Origin: an uncultured bacterium
Lineage (GTDB): Bacteria > Bacteroidota > Ignavibacteria > Kapaibacteriales > UBA2268
Reading direction: 5' to 3'
Assembly (NCBI GenBank): GCA_942490685.1
Contig: CALNXW010000016.1
Span: 3,197,166-3,261,165 of the forward strand
Length of the DNA stretch: 64,000 nt
The notes beneath the pieces are model-generated. The model was not told the DNA's origin. It did no database searches and was given only the letters and a program-made list of their open reading frames with translations. Numbering within the stretch: position 1 is the stretch's first letter; every line of letters starts with the position of its first letter. The position numbers and the translations under genes are program-made. Positions 18,839 through 27,639 of the stretch are shown here, one piece after another.

Positions 18839-19106
18839 AATAAGAATAAATTGTCTTAAATCAAAACAATATTTATCCCTTCAGAGATTTTATTTTTATG
18901 GCTCATTTATAATACACGTAAAATACTGCAGAAAAGTATTATGGATTTGATATAAAGATTAGGAATAAAAAATGTAACAAAATTAGATTCAAGTTGTATA
19001 TAGTATAGCAGTAACTTATTTATTTTGATATCTTTGTAATATGACAAAATGCAGTCTTCTTTTGCTCGTTTTGGCATAAATGGAATTATAATATCCGAGG
19101 GAAAAA

Positions 19107-20387
19107 ATGAGATTAATATACTTCACTTGCTTAATATTTATTTTTACTTTTGCATACTCTTTTGCAGATACTGATAATATAGAATTGGGCAATACAGAGC
19201 CTTTTTACTTCGATGCGATTATATCCAAAGGGCAAATCCAAGATTCTGCTCGAATGGACATATTTGTTTTGGTCCCTTATGAGTTTTTGATGTTTAATAA
19301 CAATAACAACAAAGTGTATGGTGCTAAATACAGTCTTGTAGTTTCTATATTTGATGAGAACGGTCGGAAAGTCTTTACAGATAAAAAAGAAGAAACTATA
19401 GTCACAGATGATTACTTTAAAGCCCAGGGAAGAGATGCTGATTTTGATGCAAATCAACTTCTGGTCAATCTTTCTCCCGGCAACTACACTATCAAATTAG
19501 TTCTTAGAGACGAAATCAGTAAAAATGAAAAAGAAAAAAGCAGAAACATGACAGTCCTTGATTTTGCTAAGTATCCTTTTTCGCTTAGTGGCATTATGCT
19601 GGTAAGCGCAATTGAAGAAAATCAGGGAAGTTTCACTGCGACTCCCCACGTAAGTGATGATATTGGGGCTCTCACAGATGGATTTTTTGCATTTTTTGAA
19701 GTATACAACACAAAAGACCTTAGTTCTGTTGATTTATATTATGAAATAAAAGATGCTGACGATAGAATTATTGCTGAAAGTGGTGCAATTACAAAAGAAC
19801 TTAAAGGGCAACACACTCAGCAATATGTAAAGATCCCCCGTCAAAAGGATATGGTAACAGGCAAGTATGCTTTAAAGCTTATTGCTAAACATAATGATGA
19901 TACTCTTGCCGTAGCTAAACGTTCTATCAAATTCTCTCAAACAATCGGCGGAATGGTCTTAAAAGATATCGATGAATCTATAAGACAATTAAGATATGTA
20001 GCGAAATCTGAAGAGCAAGAATTGATGGAAGATGCTCCGGATGAAGCATCTAAGCAAAAATTGTTTAAAGAATTTTGGCAAAAGCTTGACCCAACTCCTG
20101 CAACCGAAAGAAATGAAGCTTTCCAGGAATATTACTCTCGAATTGCTTTTGCAAACAGAAGATTCAAGTCACACAGGGAAGGATGGCTATCTGATATGGG
20201 AATGGTATATGTTATATTCGGCAATCCGCGCAACGTAGAACGTGGCTCCAGATACGGTGATTCGAGTGTCTATGAAATTTGGTCTTATGGTAATAACAGA
20301 CAATTTGTTTTCAGAGATAATTCCGGAATGAATGATTTTAGGCTAGTGTCACCTATGGGTATAACTGAAAAATATAAATACGAATAA
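19107..20387 (+). CDS. GWxTD-domain protein (secreted)
   Basis: Signal peptide. C-terminal region with GWLSDMG...YGNPR (GWxTD signature). Confidence 0.7.
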   Translation: MRLIYFTCLIFIFTFAYSFADTDNIELGNTEPFYFDAIISKGQIQDSARMDIFVLVPYEFLMFNNNNNKVYGAKYSLVVSIFDENGRKVFTDKKEETIVTDDYFKAQGRDADFDANQLLVNLSPGNYTIKLVLRDEISKNEKEKSRNMTVLDFAKYPFSLSGIMLVSAIEENQGSFTATPHVSDDIGALTDGFFAFFEVYNTKDLSSVDLYYEIKDADDRIIAESGAITKELKGQHTQQYVKIPRQKDMVTGKYALKLIAKHNDDTLAVAKRSIKFSQTIGGMVLKDIDESIRQLRYVAKSEEQELMEDAPDEASKQKLFKEFWQKLDPTPATERNEAFQEYYSRIAFANRRFKSHREGWLSDMGMVYVIFGNPRNVERGSRYGDSSVYEIWSYGNNRQFVFRDNSGMNDFRLVSPMGITEKYKYE

Positions 20388-20489
20388 TAGTGAACCTTTC
20401 TCTTTTTTTGTTCGTAAATTGTTTTAAATATCGTGATTTTTTATTTTTGTAGTTAAAATAACGTAGTGAACCATAGTTAATTTGAACTC

Positions 20490-21545
20490 GTGGGAGGTTT
20501 ATTAATGTTTCGGTTTGAACATGTAGAACTATTATGGCTATTGGCAGTGCTTCCCGCTTTCTATTTCTTATACGTATTATTTAGATGGAAGCGCAAAAAA
20601 ACTCTTGAGAAATTTGGCGACTTGGAAACTGTAGCTCGCCTTATGCCTAACACATCAAAATATAAGCCGACTGTAAAGATGATACTTTTCCTTTTTGCCT
20701 CGGCTTTATTCATCGTAGGGATGGCAAACCCTCAATTTGGAACTAAACTCCAGGAAGTAAAACGTCAGGGCGTGGAAGTAATGATCGCTCTCGACGTTTC
20801 AAACTCTATGCTTGCAGAGGATTTAAAACCTAACAGACTCCAAAGAGCAAAACAAGCTGTCAGCAGACTTATTGACAAATTAGAAACTGACAGAATAGGC
20901 ATCGTTGTTTTTGCAGGTGACGCATATTTACAGCTGCCTTTAACAACTGACTATGCTGCCGCTAAACTTCTTCTTTCCAGTATCACAACTGATATGATTG
21001 AAACTCAGGGAACAGCCCTCGGAGCTGCAATCGAAATGTCAATGGATTCGTTTTCTGAAGATAATAAAAAACAGAAGGCGCTCATTATCATCTCCGATGG
21101 AGAGAATCATGAAGATGATGCATTAAGCATGGCAAAAAATGCTTTAGAAAATAATATTATCATCCATACCATAGGCATGGGACTTGAAGACGGAGCTCCA
21201 ATTCCAATATACAGGAATGGTGATATCGCTTCTTATTATAAAGACAGCGATGGTAATACTGTAATTTCTAAATTGAATGCCGGGATGCTATCTCAATTGG
21301 CTGAAGTTGCAGGCGGTAGATTTACCCGTGCAACACTGGCAAATATGGAATTATCAGAATTGCTTGATGAAATTGCAGGCATGGAAAAACAGGAATTTGG
21401 AACAAAAGAATATACAGATTATGTTAGCAGATATATGTATTTCATACTTCCTGCACTTTTAATATTTATTTTTGAATTTATGCTTTCTGAGTCAAAAAAC
21501 AGACTTCTTACTTCTATGAATCTATTTGGAGGAGAAGGAAAATGA
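20490..21545 (+). CDS. batA: BatA/BatB-like von Willebrand factor A domain membrane protein
   Basis: N-terminal TM segments. VWA domain with MIALDVSNSM (MIDAS-type DxSxS). Confidence 0.85.
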   Translation: MGGLLMFRFEHVELLWLLAVLPAFYFLYVLFRWKRKKTLEKFGDLETVARLMPNTSKYKPTVKMILFLFASALFIVGMANPQFGTKLQEVKRQGVEVMIALDVSNSMLAEDLKPNRLQRAKQAVSRLIDKLETDRIGIVVFAGDAYLQLPLTTDYAAAKLLLSSITTDMIETQGTALGAAIEMSMDSFSEDNKKQKALIIISDGENHEDDALSMAKNALENNIIIHTIGMGLEDGAPIPIYRNGDIASYYKDSDGNTVISKLNAGMLSQLAEVAGGRFTRATLANMELSELLDEIAGMEKQEFGTKEYTDYVSRYMYFILPALLIFIFEFMLSESKNRLLTSMNLFGGEGK

Positions 21546-22456
21546 GACTAAATACAATCCTTAAAAATACATTTGTTATTACATCTATATTTTTTGCTTC
21601 TTTTTGTGCAACTTTTGCGGATAAAACCGAACATACTCATTTAGAAAAGGGTAATAAACTCTATGAAGAACAGAAGTATGAAGATGCAGAAATGGAGTAC
21701 AGAAAAGCTAAAGAAGCCAAACACGAATCGCAAATGGCAAAATTCAATATAGGTGATGCTCTTTATAAACAAGAAAAATATAAAGAAGCTGCTGAGATTT
21801 TTGAGAATCTAACTAATGAAGACCTGGATGATCAAACAAAAGCCTCTGCTTTTCACAATCTTGGTAATTCTCTTTTGAAACAACAGGATTTCAACACGAG
21901 TATTGATGCTTATAAAAAAGCATTAAAACTTAACCCGGATGACGATGAAGCAAGGTATAATCTTGAATATGCTAAAGCAATGTTAAAACAACAGCAACAA
22001 CAACAGCAACAAAATCAAGATAACAAAGACCAGAAAGATAAAGACAAACAAGATCAACAAAACAAAGATCAAAAGGATAAAGATAAACAGGAACAGGATA
22101 AAAAAGACCAAAACGAACAAGATAAGAAGAATCAACAAAAGCAGGATCAGCAAAACAAAGATCAGAAGGATAAAGACAAAAAAGATCAGCAAAAGCAAGA
22201 CCAACAAAACAAAGACAAAAACGAACAGGATAAGCAGGAACAAGATAAAAAAGATCAACAGCAAGGCGAACAAAATAAAGACCAGAAAGGAAATAAAGAG
22301 CAACAAAAACCACAACGTAAGAAAAATGAGCTTTCAAAAGAAGACGCCGAGCGTATGCTTAAAGCCTTAGAGAATGAAGAAAAGAAAATTCAGAAGAAAA
22401 TACAATTCAAAAAAGGCAAAAAAGGCGAAGAAACAAATATAGAGAAGAATTGGTAA
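21542..22456 (+). CDS. batC: BatC-like TPR protein with a long Q/K/D-rich low-complexity tail
   Basis: TPR-like N-terminal half, then about 100 aa of (QDKKDQQNK)-like imperfect repeats. Overlaps the batA stop by 4 nt. Confidence 0.75.
   Translation: MRLNTILKNTFVITSIFFASFCATFADKTEHTHLEKGNKLYEEQKYEDAEMEYRKAKEAKHESQMAKFNIGDALYKQEKYKEAAEIFENLTNEDLDDQTKASAFHNLGNSLLKQQDFNTSIDAYKKALKLNPDDDEARYNLEYAKAMLKQQQQQQQQNQDNKDQKDKDKQDQQNKDQKDKDKQEQDKKDQNEQDKKNQQKQDQQNKDQKDKDKKDQQKQDQQNKDKNEQDKQEQDKKDQQQGEQNKDQKGNKEQQKPQRKKNELSKEDAERMLKALENEEKKIQKKIQFKKGKKGEETNIEKNW
21990..22290 (+). repeat. Imperfect tandem codon repeats encoding the Q/K/D-rich tail of BatC
   Basis: Seen directly: reiterated CAAGATAA/CAAAGATCA/AAGGATAAAGA units of about 27 nt. 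Confidence 0.7.
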
Positions 22457-22496
22457 GTCAATTTATGGGTTTGGAAACAAATTAATTTGAAGTGCG

Positions 22497-24311
22497 ATGA
22501 AAAAGTTAAGTAGTTACATAGTTGTTTTTATGATGATGCTGACTGCTGCATACTCAGCAGATTTTAAAGCATCTCTAAACCAGAATCCGGTTACACAAGG
22601 TGAAAGATTTACTGTATCTTTCTCTATAGATGAACAAGCTTCGAACTTTCGCAATCCGGATTTTAGAGGTCTGCAAATTGTATCTGGACCAAATACAAGC
22701 AGACAAAAACAGATAATCAATGGGGTTCTGTCTCTATCTTATACTTTCACTTATTACTTAGTTGCTCCGAAAGAAGGAACTTATAACATAAGCCCGGCTT
22801 CTATAAGAGTGAAAGGTGAAACGATTAAGTCTAATAGCTTAACCGTAAAAGTAGTACCTCCCTCTGAAGCTGAACAGCAAAGAAGGCAGGCTGCCAAAAA
22901 CAGAGAATCTCAGATAAGTCAGCAGGCTCGAGATTTCCTCAAAAAGAATATTTTTATTAGAGCCAATTTCAGCAAAAACTCAGTTTACATTGGTGAGGCT
23001 ATTAATGTAAGCTACAAGCTTTATATACATCCTCAAGTAAACATCATCGGAAGTGACGAGCCTCAAATTGGATTTGATGGTTTCTGGGTTGAAGATTTAG
23101 ATCCGTCTCAAAGAAATGCCGAGATCTTTAATGGCGTCAGATATGATGTATATGAATTAAAAAAATCTGTTTTATATCCTCAAAAAACAGGGAAAATAAC
23201 GATAGACCCAATGGAGATGATGATTAAAGCACGACTCAGAATACAAAGCAACAACCAACGCAGAAGAAGCCTATTTGATGACTTCTTTAGCAGAGGAGAA
23301 TATAGAGATTTTGAATACAATGCTAAATCTTCAGCGGTAACAGTTGACATTAAAGATACACCTGACGGCGCTCCTCTTGGTTTTTCCGGTGCAGCGGGCG
23401 ACTTCAAAATGGAAGCTTGGTTCGATAACACAGAAGGTTCTACAAACGAACCAATGTCAATGAAAGTAAAAATCAGCGGCAAAGGGAATATGAAGATGAT
23501 AGAGCCTTTGGATATAAATTTCCCGCCTGATTTTGAAGCTTATGATCCGAAAACATCTGACAACACTAAACCTGGGCTTGGCGGAACTACCGGTAATAAA
23601 GTATTCGAATACTTAATTATTCCAAGGAATCCTGGTGAATTCAAAGTTGGACCAATTGAATTTAGCTATTTTGATTTAAGTGACAAATCTTATAAAACTA
23701 TAAAATCAGATCAATTTGCTTTAAAAATTGCAAAAGGAAAAGATTCTCCTGCGGGTAGTTCTGTTTCAGGAGTAAATAAAGAAGATATTCAATATTTAGG
23801 TAAAGATATCAGATTTATCAAAACGGATGCAGTGTTACATAAAGAATCAGAAAGCTTCTTTGGAACAACATTCTTCTATGTCTTGCTCATTGCTCCGATT
23901 GGATTTGTATTCGTAGTGCTTGTTGCTAAAAAGAAAAACGACGAACTCTCTCAGGATAAAATGGCAATGAAAAATAAATTTGCCAGTAAAATTGTAAAAA
24001 AACGACTTGCATTGGCTAAAAAATGCTTAGATGCTGACGATAAAAATGGCTTTTACGAAGAAATGGTAAGAGCTCTATGGGGCTATTTAGGAGATAAACT
24101 CTCTATACCTACAGCAGAGCTTACAAAAGACAAAGCAGCAGAGGCTTTGGCAAAATTGAATATCAATCAGGAATTATCCGATAGATATCTTAATGTAATT
24201 GAAAGTTGCGAATTTGCCAGATATGCACCTGCAGGAATGGCAAGTGACATGAAGACACTATATGATGATGCGGCCAAAGCGATTACGGATTTGGAAGGAG
24301 GTCTGAAATGA
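22497..24311 (+). CDS. batD: BatD-like protein
   Basis: 604 aa. Signal peptide and a C-proximal TM segment. Positioned between batC and batE. Confidence 0.75.
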   Translation: MKKLSSYIVVFMMMLTAAYSADFKASLNQNPVTQGERFTVSFSIDEQASNFRNPDFRGLQIVSGPNTSRQKQIINGVLSLSYTFTYYLVAPKEGTYNISPASIRVKGETIKSNSLTVKVVPPSEAEQQRRQAAKNRESQISQQARDFLKKNIFIRANFSKNSVYIGEAINVSYKLYIHPQVNIIGSDEPQIGFDGFWVEDLDPSQRNAEIFNGVRYDVYELKKSVLYPQKTGKITIDPMEMMIKARLRIQSNNQRRRSLFDDFFSRGEYRDFEYNAKSSAVTVDIKDTPDGAPLGFSGAAGDFKMEAWFDNTEGSTNEPMSMKVKISGKGNMKMIEPLDINFPPDFEAYDPKTSDNTKPGLGGTTGNKVFEYLIIPRNPGEFKVGPIEFSYFDLSDKSYKTIKSDQFALKIAKGKDSPAGSSVSGVNKEDIQYLGKDIRFIKTDAVLHKESESFFGTTFFYVLLIAPIGFVFVVLVAKKKNDELSQDKMAMKNKFASKIVKKRLALAKKCLDADDKNGFYEEMVRALWGYLGDKLSIPTAELTKDKAAEALAKLNINQELSDRYLNVIESCEFARYAPAGMASDMKTLYDDAAKAITDLEGGLK

Positions 24312-25066
24312 GAAAATTAGTTTTAATACTCGGATTGATATTTGCAATTTCTTCACATCTATTAGCAGATGCTTCTGAAGATCTTTTCAAAAAAGCAAAC
24401 GATCACTATATGAAAGAAGAGTTTTCTACTGCAATAGATATTTATGAAGACCTTACAGAGCAAGGCTACCAGTCTGCAGAATTATATTATAACCTGGGAA
24501 ATGCTTATTTCAAGTCTAACTTAATTCCTTCGGCGATATTAAATTTTGAAAGAGCTAAAAGGCTTGCTCCTGGCGATGAAGACATAAACTTCAACTTGAA
24601 GATTGCAAACCTGCAAACTGTTGACAAAATAGAAGTGATGCCGGCTCCATTTTTTGCAGAGTGGTGGCATGGAATTCGAAGTGTGTTTTCTTCCGGCATG
24701 TGGGCAGGTATTTCTATTTTAGCCTTCTGGCTTGCAGCTGCAGCCTTTATTGCTTTCTTGTACATAAGAAGTCCCGGCACAAAGAAAATCAGTTTTACAG
24801 CCGCTTCTGCTCTTGTAATGATAACACTAGTTTGTTTTGTCTTCGCGATGCAGAGCTACGACGAAGAAACAAACAGAAAAGAAGCAATAGTTTTTTCTGA
24901 AAGCTCTTATGTTAAAACCTCGCCTGACGAAGATTCTACAGATTTAGTAATATTACATGAAGGCACAAAGCTAGAAGTAATGGACGAATTGGGTGAGTGG
25001 AGAAAAATCAGATTAGCAGACGGAAATGTTGGCTGGATTTTGAAAACAGATATTGAAATAATATAG
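24308..25066 (+). CDS. batE: BatE-like TPR plus SH3b protein
   Basis: TPR repeats, two TM segments, and a C-terminal SH3b-like region (GEWRKIRLADGNVGWI). Overlaps the batD stop. Confidence 0.75.
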   Translation: MRKLVLILGLIFAISSHLLADASEDLFKKANDHYMKEEFSTAIDIYEDLTEQGYQSAELYYNLGNAYFKSNLIPSAILNFERAKRLAPGDEDINFNLKIANLQTVDKIEVMPAPFFAEWWHGIRSVFSSGMWAGISILAFWLAAAAFIAFLYIRSPGTKKISFTAASALVMITLVCFVFAMQSYDEETNRKEAIVFSESSYVKTSPDEDSTDLVILHEGTKLEVMDELGEWRKIRLADGNVGWILKTDIEII

Positions 25067-25089
25067 TTCTACTCTCTATAATGTCATTT

Positions 25090-25136
25090 AAAGGCTCCGG
25101 CTTATCAATAAGTTGGAGCTTTTCTTGTATGTATTA
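25090..25136 (+). terminator. Rho-independent terminator after the bat operon
   Basis: AAGGCTCC-ggcttatcaataagtt-GGAGCTTT followed by a T-rich run. Confidence 0.55.
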
Positions 25137-25208
25137 TGATGAAGCTTTAGAATATCGGATTTGTCATTAGCTGATAGCATTTTCTAAAATCAGTGACTTT
25201 AAAACGCT

Positions 25209-25236
25209 GTTTTGCGACTATTTCATTGGCGCATCG
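25209..25236 (-). repeat. Fragment of repeat module Y (left-flank portion only)
   Basis: GTTTTGCGACTATTTCATTGGCGCATCG matches the reverse complement of Y1 15666-15694 (CGCCAATGAAATAGACGCAAAAC). Confidence 0.5.
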
Positions 25237-25279
25237 TATCTATAGTCTTTATAAAAGGTTTCTTACTTTTTATCTTAAA

Positions 25280-25386
25280 GGATTCCGAATCAAGTTCGGA
25301 ATGACAGTGCTGGTCATTGCGGACTTGACCCGCAATCCCTTAATCTGCTATAAGCGTGCCACGCGCCCTGCTGCCTTTTGCCTGGG
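25280..25386 (+). repeat. Repeat module X, copy 1 (about 105 bp; the first 60 nt fold as a tRNA-like cloverleaf)
   Basis: Closing stem GGATT/AATCC encloses three hairpins (CCGAA-tcaag-TTCGG, AATGAC-agtgctg-GTCATT, GCGGA-cttga-CCCGC). About 90% identical to 27856-27958 in direct orientation. A T-G wobble change in X2 preserves hairpin 1. Confidence 0.7.
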
Positions 25387-25472
25387 ATAATGGAAAAAAT
25401 AAATTTTCAAAGAACTTGAAAAAACCTTAATTAAAAGCATCATAAATGCAAAAACAATATTTATGTATTATC

Positions 25473-26123
25473 TTAACTATTTCTTACCGGCACCAAATCA
25501 TCCCATTTATTTTGCTTGTCTTCTAATAAGATATTTTTCAACTCATTATTCACATATATTTTATTATATGAAACCCAATTTATTCCATAAGTCTCTGCTG
25601 ATCTTACTATTGGAAGAGTGACTTCTTCTTTAAATGCCGGAATAAAATCATCACGAATAGGATTGAATTTCTTTGTCCCACATACATCACAAGTTTCTTC
25701 CACATATTTATCAATGTCAATTGGATATCTTAATCTTGGAATTCCCAGCTGTAATATCTCATCAAATGGAGTGTCTTTTTTATGATTTATAACTTCACGG
25801 TTACCAATACCTAGTGGTTCTAATCTTTTTAAGTAATATTCTTTCTCCACAAAAAGCGTATCAGATTCCCATGTTGCAGAAAAAAACTTATTCTTTTTCA
25901 ACGAAGGTATTTTTGACAATCTAAAAGGGTTAATTTGATGTTTACTGGATTTACAGTTTGGACAAAGACTTTTATCAAATACATTTTTTTCATATTCATA
26001 ATCTCCATCAGGCATAGGAAAACCACATTCTCTATAACGCCAAAACCATACATAATTAGCTTCTAATACTTCTTTTTTAGAAAACTCTGCAATAACCCTT
26101 ATATAAGAGTCTTTACCTGTCAT
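25473..26123 (-). CDS. Hypothetical 216-aa protein with two CxxC pairs (CPNC...CDVC, zinc-ribbon-like)
   Basis: The ATG at 26123-26121 overlaps (TGATG) the reconstructed end of the upstream 46-aa ORF. No recognisable family. Confidence 0.55.
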   Translation of the reverse strand: MTGKDSYIRVIAEFSKKEVLEANYVWFWRYRECGFPMPDGDYEYEKNVFDKSLCPNCKSSKHQINPFRLSKIPSLKKNKFFSATWESDTLFVEKEYYLKRLEPLGIGNREVINHKKDTPFDEILQLGIPRLRYPIDIDKYVEETCDVCGTKKFNPIRDDFIPAFKEEVTLPIVRSAETYGINWVSYNKIYVNNELKNILLEDKQNKWDDLVPVRNS

Positions 26124-26164
26124 CAAGTTATCTTTATGTAACGTCCTAAAATAAGTTGACAGAT

Positions 26165-27028
26165 TTAATTATCAAAATAATCCCTGGTAAAATTTTTATC
26201 GGGGATTTTATGTATATAATCTGGAGTCATCATTTTTAAAGCTAAATGAGGTCTATAAGAATTATAAAGTTCAATAGCTTCTCTTACAATGTATTCCGCC
26301 TGCAAGATTGATTTGAGTTTACCATCTAAATAAAATTCTTCCTTGATAGTTCTATTCATTCTTTCTGCAAGTGCATTCTCATATGGATCGTACTGCTCTG
26401 TCATGCTGATTTTGATATTGTTTCTTTTCGCTGTTTCAGTATAGTCATGGCTGCAAAATTGCAACCCTCTATCAGAATGGTGTATCAAGGTTCTATTTTG
26501 ATAACAACGGTTCTGAATAGCCATTTTAAGAGCTTTCAGAGATTCTTCAGCTCTCATATTGTCTGCTAAATTAAATCCCATTATTCGCCTTGAAAATGCA
26601 TCTGTTATAAGAGTTAAATAGCAATTTCCCTCATCTGTTTTCAAGTATGTTATATCACTTACCCAAACCTGTTCAGGAGCTGTCGCATTCATATCTTTTA
26701 CAATATTTGGATACTTTCTTAACCAGTGCTTGGACATAGTAGTCTGAATGTATCTTTTTCGAGCTCTAATAAGTAAATTTGCATCACGTAATATGCTAAA
26801 CAGCTTGTCTCTTCCACACTTTATACCAAGTTCATCTAGTTTAGGACTTATAAGAAAATATAGCTTTCTTGTGCCTATACGCGGCAGTATCTTACGATGT
26901 TTACATACCTCCGCTACTATCTTTGAATACTCTTGCTTCTTAGATTGTTGATGTAATTGCTTATAATAATTTTGTCTGCTATAGCCTAATATCGTACATA
27001 CTTTACTTACTGTTGTTCTTGCTGTTTT
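26165..27028 (-). CDS. IS3 transposase OrfB (DDE/rve integrase core), expressed by a -1 frameshift from orfA
   Basis: The -1 frame is open from the GAAGAAAAAC slippery run (...YQRRKTARTTVSKVCTILGYSRQNYYKQ...) and continues into the 190-aa ORF MSKHWLRKYPN...HHSDRGLQFCS...E with the rve catalytic region. Confidence 0.8.
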   Translation of the reverse strand, partial: KTARTTVSKVCTILGYSRQNYYKQLHQQSKKQEYSKIVAEVCKHRKILPRIGTRKLYFLISPKLDELGIKCGRDKLFSILRDANLLIRARKRYIQTTMSKHWLRKYPNIVKDMNATAPEQVWVSDITYLKTDEGNCYLTLITDAFSRRIMGFNLADNMRAEESLKALKMAIQNRCYQNRTLIHHSDRGLQFCSHDYTETAKRNNIKISMTEQYDPYENALAERMNRTIKEEFYLDGKLKSILQAEYIVREAIELYNSYRPHLALKMMTPDYIHKIPDKNFTRDYFDN

Positions 27029-27426
27029 TCTTCTTTGATAATCTTGTACGATTCGGCTAAGTACTTTTTTCTAATATTCGTATCAAACATTTCGTCGGCT
27101 ACATCTATGGCCTTGTTTAAGATTTCCTTGTCTAACTCTAATTCCTTTATACGCTTTTCTAGAGCTTTTATCTGCTTATTAGGTACAGGTTTCTTTTTCA
27201 TATTGACCTCTGCTTGCCAGTTTAATCTACCGTGCTTTCTTAACCATACTAAAACAGTTGCACGACCTTGAATGCCGTATTTCCGTTGAGCTTGTTTGTA
27301 GGTTAAGTAGCCTTTTTCTACTTCATCTACTACCTGCAATTTGAAAGCCAAACTATAATCTTTTTGAGTACGCTTGATTTTTACTGCGTTTTGTTGTGAT
27401 TCCATTATACCATCCTTTTGTGTCAA
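27007..27426 (-). CDS. IS3 transposase OrfA (HTH)
   Basis: HTH region YSLAFKLQVVDEVEKGYLTYKQAQRKYGIQ, followed by a leucine-zipper-like KALEKRIKELELDKEIL. The probable real start is MESQQN. Confidence 0.85.
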   Translation of the reverse strand: MTQKDGIMESQQNAVKIKRTQKDYSLAFKLQVVDEVEKGYLTYKQAQRKYGIQGRATVLVWLRKHGRLNWQAEVNMKKKPVPNKQIKALEKRIKELELDKEILNKAIDVADEMFDTNIRKKYLAESYKIIKEEKQQEQQ

Positions 27427-27448
27427 CTCTTTTTAGGACGGGGCATTA

Positions 27449-27576
27449 TGCTCTTTAAAAAAATCTAAAGGAACTTTGATTGAAGAGTCTTTTTTTAGTT
27501 TGATACCATGAGATTTAATATATTCTTTTTTTTCATCAATCTCATGGCGAGTATATACTATTACCAATTTTTCCAT
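27449..27576 (-). pseudogene. Small ORF (46 aa before insertion) whose 3' end is cut by the IS3 insertion
   Basis: MEKLVIVYTRHEIDEKKEYIKSHGIKLKKDSSIKVPLDFFKEH, then it reads into the IS IRR. Removing the IS and one TTA copy restores ...KEHKIT* with its TGA overlapping the ATG of the 216-aa gene. Confidence 0.55.
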
Positions 27577-27639
27577 TTTTACATTCCTATTTTATCAAGA
27601 TTAGCAAATATAATCTTTGATGATTTTGGCAGTAACGCG

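Larger units (their letters stand above)
26137..27445 (-). mobile_element. IS3-family insertion sequence (1309 bp) with orfA/orfB, terminal inverted repeats and a 3-bp target-site duplication
   Basis: IRL TGTAACGTCCTAAAATAAGTTGACA (26137-26161). IRR reverse complement TGCCCCGTCCTAAAAAGAGTTGACA (27445-27421). TTA direct repeat at 26134-26136 and 27446-27448. Confidence 0.9.

Noticed and set aside
18853-18866. Full FNR/CRP box in the nrfH promoter
   Set aside because: Only one half-site (ATCAA) is perfect and the other half has 3 of 5 matches. It is kept as a low-confidence note inside a finding rather than a feature.
21972-22337. Minus-strand poly-Leu/Phe ORFs (121 and 110 aa) opposite batC
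   Set aside because: They are artefacts of the low-complexity codon repeat, shown by their extreme single-residue composition.
25280-25339. X module as a genuine tRNA or tRNA pseudogene
   Set aside because: It has a cloverleaf topology, but the acceptor stem is 5 bp and both side loops are 5 nt. The anticodon-loop position 33 is G. There are no conserved T-loop (TTCGA) or D-loop bases. It is a tRNA-like structured repeat at best.
26748-27271. Plus-strand ORFs 26748..26951 and 27035..27271 inside the IS3 element
   Set aside because: They are antisense to the transposase orfA/orfB reading frames, which have clear family features.
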